Source: an uncultured Spirochaetota bacterium (GTDB taxonomy: Bacteria; Spirochaetota; B62-G9; DRHN01). From it: 64,000 bases of DNA. The notes beneath the pieces are model-generated. The model saw only the letters and a list, made by a program, of their open reading frames with translations, was not told where the DNA came from and did not search any database. The translations under genes and the position numbers were made by a program. Of this stretch, positions 10,152 to 18,361 are shown piece after piece. Every line of letters starts with the position of its first letter. Position 1 is the stretch's first letter. The stretch lies in the NCBI GenBank assembly GCA_964525675.1, contig CAZGJW010000002.1, positions 7,093 to 71,092 of the forward strand. Direction: 5' to 3'.

Positions 10152-10442
10152 ATGAAGATTATTGCATGCGTGCTCGTTTTCTTTGGTCTGGTTTTCAATG
10201 TGTCCGCAGGCGGCAAAAAGGAAGCGGCCGAGTCAGGAGGAAAAGAAGCACCTGAAGCAAAAGTGCTCGAAGCGGCCTTTATTCTCCACAGAACCCATGA
10301 TGACGGTACATGAAATGCCATGGCATGGGAGGGTATGCAAAAGCTCAATGAAATAGGGTATGAAACAACTGTCAGTGAAAGCCTCGATGATGTGGATGTT
10401 GCGAAGCAGGGGTGCATGGACCCGGTTTTGAGCGTTATCTGA
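10152..10442 (+). pseudogene. N-terminal stub of a BMP-family (PnrA-like) ABC substrate-binding protein with an in-frame TGA
   Basis: It encodes the signal-like MKIIACVLVFFGLVF, then ...AFILHRTHDDGT*NAMAWEGMQKLNEIGYE. The TGA sits where related proteins carry Trp. The reading frame ends after ~96 codons, whereas the family is usually >300 aa. Confidence 0.6.
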
Positions 10443-10496
10443 TGCGAAGATGTATCTTAATACGAAGATGTATCTTCATGCGAAGATGTACCTTCC
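10443..10496. repeat. three tandem 18-bp units, each containing the palindrome GAAGATgtATCTTC
   Basis: The units are gcGAAGATGTATCTTaat, acGAAGATGTATCTTCat and gcGAAGATGTAcCTTCca. They lie 59-112 nt upstream of the methyltransferase ATG. Confidence 0.8.
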
Positions 10497-10554
10497 AGTG
10501 CACCTTCTGCCTTCGTGAATCCGCTGTCTGCTCATAACGGAAGAAGCACTGTCT

Positions 10555-11841
10555 ATGAAAACAACTCACAAAATAGTGATCGGTGATTCCAGAAAGATGG
10601 ATGCGGTGGCGGATGAGTCTGTTCAGCTTGCAGTAACCTCCCCGCCGTACTGGCAGCTGAAGGACTATGGAAACGCCAGCCAGATCGGGTACAACGACAC
10701 CTATGAGGAATACATAAACAACCTGAATCTTGTATGGAGAGAAGTATACCGTGTGCTTGAACGAGGCTGCCGCCTCTGTATCAATATCGGGGATCAATTT
10801 GCCCGTTCGGCCTACTACGGGCGTTACAAGGTTATTCCGATACGAACTGAAATAATCAGGTTTTGCGAAACGATCGGATTCGACTATATGGGAGCCGTCA
10901 TCTGGCAGAAGGTGACCACCACCAATACCACTGGCGGCGCAACCATCATGGGGTCCTTCCCTTTTCCGAGAAACGGCATTTTGAAGATCGATTACGAGTA
11001 TATTCTGGTATTCAGGAAAGGGGGCACGTCGAAGAAGGTCGAAAAAGAGAGAAAGGAGCGTTCTCGGCTCACAACGGAAGAGTGGAATCGCTACTTTACC
11101 GGTCACTGGAAGTTTCCCGGCGAGAAACAGGATTCCCATTTGGCCGTTTTTCCTGTAGAGCTGCCGGACCGGCTGATAAAGATGTTCAGCTTTACGGAGG
11201 ATACGGTCCTGGATCCCTTTCTGGGAAGCGGAACAACCTCTCTGAGCGCAAAACGCCTCGAGAGAAACTCCATCGGATATGAGATCAACGAGGAGTATCT
11301 GCCCCTGATCAGGGAAAAAATCGGTATGGACAGCCCCGGGTTGTTCGGTGATTGCGAGTATATTATTGAACATCAGAAAAAAATACGTCTCGACTTCGCA
11401 GAGGAAATACACGCGCTTCCCTACATTTTCAAGGATCCGGTCGAAATCGAAAGAAAGAGTAATCCGAAGAGTCGCCGGTTTGGCTCCAAAATCGATTCAA
11501 CGCATCCATCAGGGGTCACGTACTATACGGTAAAAGAGGTTGTCAGCCCCAATACGCTCCGGTTGAACGGCGGGCTGCTGGTGAGACTCATCGGAATTGA
11601 GGTTATCGAGGGCAGTCGAGACCGGGCTTTGGCGTATCTGGAGCGTGAGACGAAGGGGAAGAGGGTTTTTTTGAAGAACGATCCTGCCCATCAAGACACG
11701 GATGTTCTTTCCTGTTATCTTTTTCTTAAAAACAAAACGTTTATCAATGCCCGCCTTATTAAATCCGGGCTCGTTTCAGTGGATACGCAGTCGGACTACA
11801 GGCATAAATCACGTTTCATCAAATACGCCAGGGATGGTTGA
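10555..11841 (+). CDS. beta-class DNA methyltransferase (SPPY motif, likely N4-C or N6-A) with a C-terminal SNase-like (thermonuclease-fold) domain
   Basis: Motif IV VTSPPYW at aa ~28 precedes motif I DPFLGSGTT at aa ~220. The last ~100 aa (LVRLIGIEVIE...KGKRVFL...LSCYLFLKNKTFINARLIKSGL) resemble the SNase OB-fold. Confidence 0.75.
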   Translation: MKTTHKIVIGDSRKMDAVADESVQLAVTSPPYWQLKDYGNASQIGYNDTYEEYINNLNLVWREVYRVLERGCRLCINIGDQFARSAYYGRYKVIPIRTEIIRFCETIGFDYMGAVIWQKVTTTNTTGGATIMGSFPFPRNGILKIDYEYILVFRKGGTSKKVEKERKERSRLTTEEWNRYFTGHWKFPGEKQDSHLAVFPVELPDRLIKMFSFTEDTVLDPFLGSGTTSLSAKRLERNSIGYEINEEYLPLIREKIGMDSPGLFGDCEYIIEHQKKIRLDFAEEIHALPYIFKDPVEIERKSNPKSRRFGSKIDSTHPSGVTYYTVKEVVSPNTLRLNGGLLVRLIGIEVIEGSRDRALAYLERETKGKRVFLKNDPAHQDTDVLSCYLFLKNKTFINARLIKSGLVSVDTQSDYRHKSRFIKYARDG

Positions 11842-12189
11842 ATCTGACTTGAAAGCATATACCACCGTATCTTTCCTGTTATCTGAAATTCAGCCGACCT
11901 GCAGCCGGTTGAATGCAGCTCGTTCGGCAACGCGAGACCGAACTGCTAGCAAGCCCCCCCTTCTACCGTTGATCCGCGAGCCCTATAAAATATCTTCTCC
12001 AGGGAACCTGTGCGCATAAAAAGATAGCCTTTTCCAGGCATATGCATTTATATTAATATTATAATATACAGGTATAATGCCACCAAGCAGCATGTGCGCT
12101 CTACTGGATTATTTAGATAATACAAGTGCTTGCACCGGCGGTATTATTCGAACATGAAGCGTCCGAATAATAATACACTGGGGAGACCT

Positions 12190-13347
12190 ATGATAACGGG
12201 AATTCCAATGGAGAGCTTTCCGGATGAAAAAAGGGTAGCGATCATACCGGCCCATGTTCCTGCGCTCATAAATGCGGGAGTTACGGTACATGTGCAGAAA
12301 AATGCAGGCAGGGCAGCAGGCTTTACGGACGAGGCCTATAGAGAGAAGGGTGCGAAGATTGTTAATGACAGAAAAAGGCTTTTCGCCGCCGCAGACATCA
12401 TCCTTCAGGTTCGAGCCGCAGGCGCAAACCCAGATAACGGACTGCAGGATATTAAACTCATGAAAAAAGGTTCTCTGCTCATCGGTTTTCTAAATCCCTA
12501 TTCATCGTCTGATATGCTCAATGCGCTCGCGAAGGCGAATGTCACCTCATTTGCAATGGAGCTTATTCCGAGGATTACCCGCGCCCAGAGTATGGATGCC
12601 CTCTCTTCAATGGCTTCTATCTCCGGGTACAAGGCAGCACTCATGGCTGCATGTGCACTCCCGAGGCTGTATCCGATGATGATGACTGCAGCGGGTACAA
12701 TCACCCCGGCGCATGTTTTCGTCATAGGCGCGGGTGTCGCCGGACTGCAGGCAGTTGCAACAGCGCATCGGGTGGGGGCGGTTGTAAATGCATACGATGT
12801 GCGGCCTGCCGTCAAAGAGCAGGTGGAAAGCCTCGGTGCGAAGTTCGTCGAATTGAACCTGGAGAGTGAAACCGCCCAGGATAAAGGCGGGTACGCAAAA
12901 GAGATGAGCAAACAGTTCTACGATAAACAGCGGGAGCTCATGGCCCGGGTTATCGCAGAGAGTGATGTTGTTATAAGCACCGCTTCAGTACCCGGTAAAA
13001 AGGCACCCCTGCTCATTACTGAAGAGATGGTAAAGTCCATGAAACCTGGTTCTGTTATCGTTGATCTTGCCGCGGAACAGGGGGGGAATTGTGTCCTCAC
13101 AAAGCCCGGCCGGACTGTTGAAAAGTATGACGTCCGTATTATTGGCCCGGTTAATCTCCCGGCAACAATGCCCTACCATGCAAGCCAGCTCTATTCAAAG
13201 AATGTGAGCTCCTTTTTGCTGCCCCTTATCAAGGAAAATTGTCTGGACCTGAGCTGCAGGGATGAGATCGCAGCCGAGACAATTTTAACCCATGAGGGGA
13301 AGGTGGCAAACGAGAGGGTAAAACAGGCGCTCGGTCTGCAGAGTTGA
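12190..13347 (+). CDS. pntAA: NAD(P) transhydrogenase subunit alpha part 1
   Basis: MITGIPMESFPDEKRVAIIP... and the Rossmann motif VFVIGAGVAGLQA are present. ATG 12190 follows GGGGAG; the ORF is open from 12130. Confidence 0.85.
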   Translation: MITGIPMESFPDEKRVAIIPAHVPALINAGVTVHVQKNAGRAAGFTDEAYREKGAKIVNDRKRLFAAADIILQVRAAGANPDNGLQDIKLMKKGSLLIGFLNPYSSSDMLNALAKANVTSFAMELIPRITRAQSMDALSSMASISGYKAALMAACALPRLYPMMMTAAGTITPAHVFVIGAGVAGLQAVATAHRVGAVVNAYDVRPAVKEQVESLGAKFVELNLESETAQDKGGYAKEMSKQFYDKQRELMARVIAESDVVISTASVPGKKAPLLITEEMVKSMKPGSVIVDLAAEQGGNCVLTKPGRTVEKYDVRIIGPVNLPATMPYHASQLYSKNVSSFLLPLIKENCLDLSCRDEIAAETILTHEGKVANERVKQALGLQS

Positions 13348-13405
13348 GGTATTGCATGCAGGTTTTTAAAAAACATAAAGCCATACTGGATAACAGGAGA
13401 ATGAT

Positions 13406-13687
13406 ATGGATAATTTTACCCTGATTCTCACGATCTTCGTGCTTGCAATATTTGTCGGTTTTGAGGTCATATCCAAGGTGCCGACCATGCTCCATACACC
13501 GCTCATGTCGGGTTCGAATGCGATATCCGGCATAACCCTGGTGGGGGCATTACTTGCGGCAGGTTCACATAAAACAACACTCACCGTGATTCTCGGGTTT
13601 CTGGCAGTGATATTCGCGACAACCAACGTTGTCGGCGGATTTGTCGTGACACACCGAATGCTTACAAAATTCAGGAGAAAGGACTGA
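13406..13687 (+). CDS. pntAB: NAD(P) transhydrogenase subunit alpha part 2 (membrane)
   Basis: It is a 93-aa hydrophobic ORF between pntAA and pntB, with an AGGAGAA SD. Confidence 0.85.
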   Translation: MDNFTLILTIFVLAIFVGFEVISKVPTMLHTPLMSGSNAISGITLVGALLAAGSHKTTLTVILGFLAVIFATTNVVGGFVVTHRMLTKFRRKD

Positions 13688-13690
13688 ACC

Positions 13691-15079
13691 ATGCCGGATA
13701 GTATTGTAAATCTCATCTATCTCCTGGCAGCGTGCCTGTTTATCATCGGGCTGAAGGGTCTTGCCCATCCAAAAACGGCGGTTCGCGGCAACCAGCTTGG
13801 TGCTTCGGGTATGTTTCTTGCCGTTGTGGTAACACTCCTGGACCGTCATATAGTGGGCTATGAAATTATCGCCGCTGGCATGGTACTGGGCTCGCTCATC
13901 GGTGTAATCCTCGCGCTCAAGATAAAGATGACCGCCATGCCCCAGCTCGTGGGTATGTTCAACGGGTTCGGTGGCGGCGCATCCCTTCTCGTTGCAGGTG
14001 CGGTGCTCATTGAAACGACGCTGATTATGAAATCCCCCTCACTCCGTTTTTCCATTGCAACGGCCTCTTCCGGAATAATCGGTGCGGTTACGTTCTGGGG
14101 AAGCCTTGTGGCATTCGGAAAGCTGCAGGGAATCGTTACTGCACGGCCTGTGCGGTACAGGGGAGAACAGGTTTTTAAGGCACTCCTTTTTCTTGGCGCG
14201 GTATTTTTGGGCGTTCTCGTGATTCTCAGTCCCGGTGACACGAAGTGGTACTGGTTTCTTGTTGCCGTCTCTTCGGTTCTCGGCGTCATGCTTACCATAG
14301 CCATTGGGGGCGCCGATATGCCGGTGGTAATCGCTTTACTCAACGCCTACTCGGGACTTGCAGCGGCAGCCACAGGATTTGTGCTCTCCAACACGGTTTT
14401 GATCATCTCCGGTTCGCTTGTCGGGGCCTCCGGTATTATCCTGACGAGAATCATGTGCAGGGCGATGAACCGATCGCTTACGAACGTTCTATTTGGAGGG
14501 GTGGGTGCTCCGGTGGAGACCGTCCCTGAAGAGGATATGTATGCAGGCAAGGTAACCTCGACATCAGCAGAAGAGGTGGCAATGATACTGAAATCAGCCC
14601 AACGTGTTGTCTTCGTGCCCGGATACGGCATGGCCGTGGCAAAGGCTCAGCACCTGGTGCGGGTGCTGTATCAGCTTTTAGAGGCGGACGGAATAGAGGT
14701 CGAGTTTGCGATTCACCCTGTAGCCGGGAGGATGCCCGGACATATGAACGTGCTGCTGGCAGAGGAGAACATACCCTACGACAGACTCAAAGAGCTTGAG
14801 GTAATCAATCCGACCTTTGAACAGACCGATGTATCGATTGTTATCGGTGCGAATGATGTTGTGAATCCCATTGCGCGGGAAGAATCCAACAGCCCGCTTG
14901 CAGGCATGCCCATTCTGAATGTGGACAGATCGCGCACCGTCGTTGTTATCAAGCGGAGCCTTGCCCCCGGATTTGCCGGTGTTCCCAATCCGCTTTTTGC
15001 GGCGGACAATACCCTGATGCTCTTCGGAGACGGGCAGAAATGCGTGCAGGACCTGATCACCGCCTATAAAGAGGCATAG
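13691..15079 (+). CDS. pntB: NAD(P) transhydrogenase subunit beta
   Basis: It is 462 aa with an N-terminal polytopic region and a C-terminal NADP(H) domain (VFVPGYGMAVAKAQH...IGANDVVNP). Confidence 0.9.
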   Translation: MPDSIVNLIYLLAACLFIIGLKGLAHPKTAVRGNQLGASGMFLAVVVTLLDRHIVGYEIIAAGMVLGSLIGVILALKIKMTAMPQLVGMFNGFGGGASLLVAGAVLIETTLIMKSPSLRFSIATASSGIIGAVTFWGSLVAFGKLQGIVTARPVRYRGEQVFKALLFLGAVFLGVLVILSPGDTKWYWFLVAVSSVLGVMLTIAIGGADMPVVIALLNAYSGLAAAATGFVLSNTVLIISGSLVGASGIILTRIMCRAMNRSLTNVLFGGVGAPVETVPEEDMYAGKVTSTSAEEVAMILKSAQRVVFVPGYGMAVAKAQHLVRVLYQLLEADGIEVEFAIHPVAGRMPGHMNVLLAEENIPYDRLKELEVINPTFEQTDVSIVIGANDVVNPIAREESNSPLAGMPILNVDRSRTVVVIKRSLAPGFAGVPNPLFAADNTLMLFGDGQKCVQDLITAYKEA

Positions 15080-15172
15080 CAATCACTTGAAATGTGCTGA
15101 AATTATATATTATGGATGACAACCGGCGTTATGAAGCGCATGGAAAGTATCATGGACGACAATCAACCGATT

Positions 15173-15349
15173 TTATTTGATCGCGCCCAGGGTAAGACCT
15201 TTTACGAGGTGTTTTTGCACCAAAATTGTGAAAATGATTACCGGCACAAGTGCAAGAATGCCACCCGCAGTCATGTATCCCCAGTTGATACCTGTTTCCT
15301 TCATAACTGCGAATCCAAGATGCTCAAACCGGCTGTGCTTTTGACACAT
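15173..15349 (-). pseudogene. C-terminal remnant of a MalG/UgpE-type ABC sugar permease
   Basis: The minus-strand translation ...GINWGYMTAGGILALVPVIIFTILVQKHLVKGLTLGAIK* is a typical permease C-terminus. Only ~45 homologous codons remain, directly after the ADH stop. Confidence 0.6.
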
Positions 15350-15370
15350 CTCAAGTATCTCTCTGACAAA

Positions 15371-16378
15371 TCATTTTTTCATTTTTATAATGACTTTTGT
15401 CGGTTTCTCTGTCCTGACAACTTCAAATGCCTTTTGATATTCATTCATACTGTAGATATAACTCACCCAGTTCTCAAGGTTAACCTTGCCTTTTTCAATA
15501 TACGAAAGCAGCTCGTCGTGGACCTCTGCCTCTGCAACCTTCGACCTGAAAATGCGTGGATCGGATTCGAGCATTGAATCATAAGGAGTATCATCCGCAG
15601 GCATGCCGTAGATATTAATCTTTCCATCTTCTTTAACAATCTGTAAACATCGAAAAAGAGCATTATTTGATCCGACTGCTTCAATAACTCTATCAAACCC
15701 GCCCCTTTTCATAATCCTTTTAACTTCAGTTGGGAGCTGATCACCTGCAACATACGCGTCGGTACCGAGTTGTGAAAAGCGATCCGACCACTTCGGCTGG
15801 CGTCCGAAGACAACAACAGGTGCAACGCCCAATATCTTTGCCCACATCACCATCGATTGTGAAGCAGGGCCTGTCCCAACTATGGCAAGTGAATGACCTT
15901 TTTTAATATTGGTATTATGAATTGTGTTCAGATTTTCCTTGAGCACGATCATAGCAGGTGCAAAATCAGGATTTATCTCTTTCGGTACAATTTGCTGGGG
16001 ATGAGGAAACGTATTATAACGTACACCCTTCTGTGCCCACACATCGGTTACGACTGCCTTCTCAGCAAATCCTCCAAACCGGCTCGAACCTGATGAGAGT
16101 GAAATATCCTTATCGTACAATCGGGGCCGCAAAACCATACACCCTTCCTTAAAACTCTGTACTTTTTTCCCTGTTTTCACTACTTCACCATACGATTCGT
16201 GACCAAGAAGAATTGGGAAGGGGCCTTTTTTAAACCTGCCCTCAATGATTTTCCAGTCCGTACTGTTACAGATACCGCAAGCATGCACAACAACAAGAGC
16301 TTCATAGTTGCCTATTACAGGCTCCTCGAGCTCCAGAATTCCAAGCTTATTTCTTTTTACAGCAAAAATACCTTTCAT
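15371..16378 (-). CDS. zinc-dependent alcohol/polyol dehydrogenase (MDR family)
   Basis: It has CGICNSTD, GHESYGEVV and the Rossmann motif AIVGTGP. Confidence 0.8.
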   Translation of the reverse strand: MKGIFAVKRNKLGILELEEPVIGNYEALVVVHACGICNSTDWKIIEGRFKKGPFPILLGHESYGEVVKTGKKVQSFKEGCMVLRPRLYDKDISLSSGSSRFGGFAEKAVVTDVWAQKGVRYNTFPHPQQIVPKEINPDFAPAMIVLKENLNTIHNTNIKKGHSLAIVGTGPASQSMVMWAKILGVAPVVVFGRQPKWSDRFSQLGTDAYVAGDQLPTEVKRIMKRGGFDRVIEAVGSNNALFRCLQIVKEDGKINIYGMPADDTPYDSMLESDPRIFRSKVAEAEVHDELLSYIEKGKVNLENWVSYIYSMNEYQKAFEVVRTEKPTKVIIKMKK

Positions 16379-16414
16379 AACTTGTATCCAGCTATTACTT
16401 AATCATACAGACTA

Positions 16415-17419
16415 TTAAATGAATTTAAGCGTACCGATATGCCCGGGCCCCTTGTACTGTGTATTGAAGGGAAGTTTATAAGGCTCTTCGTAAGGACGGA
16501 AGGGCACCATTTTTGCAATTTGATCAATTTTCCTTATTATATCCTCTGACAATGGCCCCTTCTCAACAGTTTTAACATTCTGTTCTAGCTCTCTTACAGA
16601 TTTTACACCGGTAAGAATGGTTGATACATCATTATTTGACAATAAATATCGCAATCCTAATTCAGCAACTGGTATGTCAATCTCTTTTACAAGTGCATAG
16701 AGCCTTTTAAATTGTTCACGCCTCGGAGGAGAGAGCCATCGCGCACCGTTCTCGATTTCATCTGTATAACACTCCGCAAGAGCTCCATGTTGTAGAGGAG
16801 AACCTATTATAATTCCCATATTTTTTTTATTCGCCTCGGGAATAATTGAAATAAGCGCCTCCTGCCATAAAAGGCTGTAATTAAATGCGGTAAGTACAAT
16901 ATCGTATTCCCCTGTTTTTACAATATCCGCTATTGAATATGCAGTTGTTCCTGCAATTCCTGTAAACTGAACAAGATTTTCCGACTTCAAATCATTCATT
17001 AAATCACAGACAGGGCCATAAAAATTGCCCCAATCGGGAAACCAGTTATACAGACCTGGTCTATCCGGCTCATGAATAAAAAGAATATCTATTATGTCTC
17101 GTTTAAGAAATTTCAAACTCTCGCTGAACGATCTTCGTAAATCATCTTTATCTTGTGGATTAAAGGGCAGGGGCCTGCCGCCAAGTTTTGTTGAGATGAT
17201 GTATGGGTCATTAATTCCCTCCAGTGCATATCCAAGCACCTTTTCACTATCACCATAAGCAGGAGCGGTATCGATATAGTTTATACCCAACTTCATAGCG
17301 TACCGTACTATTTGTTTTGCATTTTCAAGCGATGCTTCTTTGGATGTTTGAAACATTCCACCGCCCAGGGCCAGTTCGCTTACCTTTATTCCTGTTTTGC
17401 CCAATACTCTGTAGTTCAT
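16415..17419 (-). CDS. aldo/keto reductase
   Basis: MNYRVLGKTGIKVSELALGG...INYIDTAPAYGDSE is present. Length is 334 aa. Confidence 0.85.
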   Translation of the reverse strand: MNYRVLGKTGIKVSELALGGGMFQTSKEASLENAKQIVRYAMKLGINYIDTAPAYGDSEKVLGYALEGINDPYIISTKLGGRPLPFNPQDKDDLRRSFSESLKFLKRDIIDILFIHEPDRPGLYNWFPDWGNFYGPVCDLMNDLKSENLVQFTGIAGTTAYSIADIVKTGEYDIVLTAFNYSLLWQEALISIIPEANKKNMGIIIGSPLQHGALAECYTDEIENGARWLSPPRREQFKRLYALVKEIDIPVAELGLRYLLSNNDVSTILTGVKSVRELEQNVKTVEKGPLSEDIIRKIDQIAKMVPFRPYEEPYKLPFNTQYKGPGHIGTLKFI

Positions 17420-17458
17420 TACCTTAAATTTCTTTTTATTAATTTTTCAAAATTTTTC

Positions 17459-17486
17459 TTGACAAGAAATAGCCATTTAATATAAT
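17459..17486 (+). promoter_or_regulatory. sigma70-type promoter (TTGACA-16 nt-TATAAT) for the GntR gene
   Basis: TTGACA lies at 17459-17464 and TATAAT at 17481-17486, in the divergent spacer shared with the AKR gene. Confidence 0.5.
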
Positions 17487-17529
17487 AACATCATATTATA
17501 AAAACATAATATAATTATTTTAATAAAAA

Positions 17530-18267
17530 ATGAAAATGGTTCAACTAAATAGATTTTCTTCTGTTCCTCTATATACTCAACTCTCCCAGCAGATAAAAGA
17601 TAAAATATTAAGTGAAACTATCAAACCGGGGAACCCTTTACCGACCGAAAGTGAAATGGCGAAGATAGCGGGAGTAAGTTCTGCGGTTGTGCGGCAGGCG
17701 TACAGTTATCTAAGAAGGGCAGGATTTGCTATCACACATCGGGGAAAAGGAACTTTTGTCGCTGAAAGGAAAATAACATTTGAAATTGTACAAAAACTCG
17801 ATTCCTATGAAGAAGCTGTAAAAAGGGGGGTAAGGGTGGAAACAGAGGTGCTGGACTTTAAAGAAATCACCGATGTTCCGCACGATGTAAGAAAGAACCT
17901 TAAAATAACCGAAAACGAGGCAGTTATTTCATTAACTCGTCTTCGATCTTTCGATAAAATAAAGATGTTTTACTGGACATCTTATCTGCCTTCTTCATTA
18001 TGCCGGTCGTTGCTTGATGAAAATTTTTCTCAGGTGCCACTTTTTGAAACCTTAAAAAAAAAATTGAATATAAATGTTGCAAGATCTGAAAGATGGGCTG
18101 AAGTTACAAGGGCTGATTCGTTTAAATCTGAACTTTTTGGAATTTCGGAATTAGAACCGCTGTTGTATGTTGAAAGTATCACCTATACTGATATGGGCAT
18201 TACTATTGATTATCACAAGGGTTGGTATCGCGCCGATTGTGGAAGACTGTACTTTGAAGTAAGGTAG
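17530..18267 (+). CDS. GntR-family (HutC subfamily, UTRA domain) transcriptional regulator
   Basis: It has the N-terminal wHTH LPTESEMAKIAGVSSAVVRQAYSYLRRAGF...GKGTFV and a C-terminal UTRA-like half. Confidence 0.8.
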   Translation: MKMVQLNRFSSVPLYTQLSQQIKDKILSETIKPGNPLPTESEMAKIAGVSSAVVRQAYSYLRRAGFAITHRGKGTFVAERKITFEIVQKLDSYEEAVKRGVRVETEVLDFKEITDVPHDVRKNLKITENEAVISLTRLRSFDKIKMFYWTSYLPSSLCRSLLDENFSQVPLFETLKKKLNINVARSERWAEVTRADSFKSELFGISELEPLLYVESITYTDMGITIDYHKGWYRADCGRLYFEVR

Positions 18268-18361
18268 TATTTCCATAGGTGTTTATAAAAGCAATTAAAA
18301 TATTTACAGATTACGTTGTATGTTCTAGACAATATGGCCGTTTGAAAGAAAAGAGACATTT

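Noticed and set aside
10314-10316. The in-frame TGA at a conserved Trp position in the BMP-like ORF was considered as evidence for TGA=Trp recoding or selenocysteine.
   Set aside because: TGA clearly terminates other well-supported genes here (for example the methyltransferase at 11839-11841 and the SBP gene at 23142-23144). No SECIS-like context was seen, and the ORF is also truncated. A nonsense mutation in a pseudogene is the simpler reading.
10555-11841. A complete restriction-modification or other defence system around the methyltransferase was considered.
   Set aside because: No endonuclease, specificity, ATPase or helicase ORF lies on either side. The neighbours are pseudogene stubs and the pnt operon, so only an orphan MTase can be supported.
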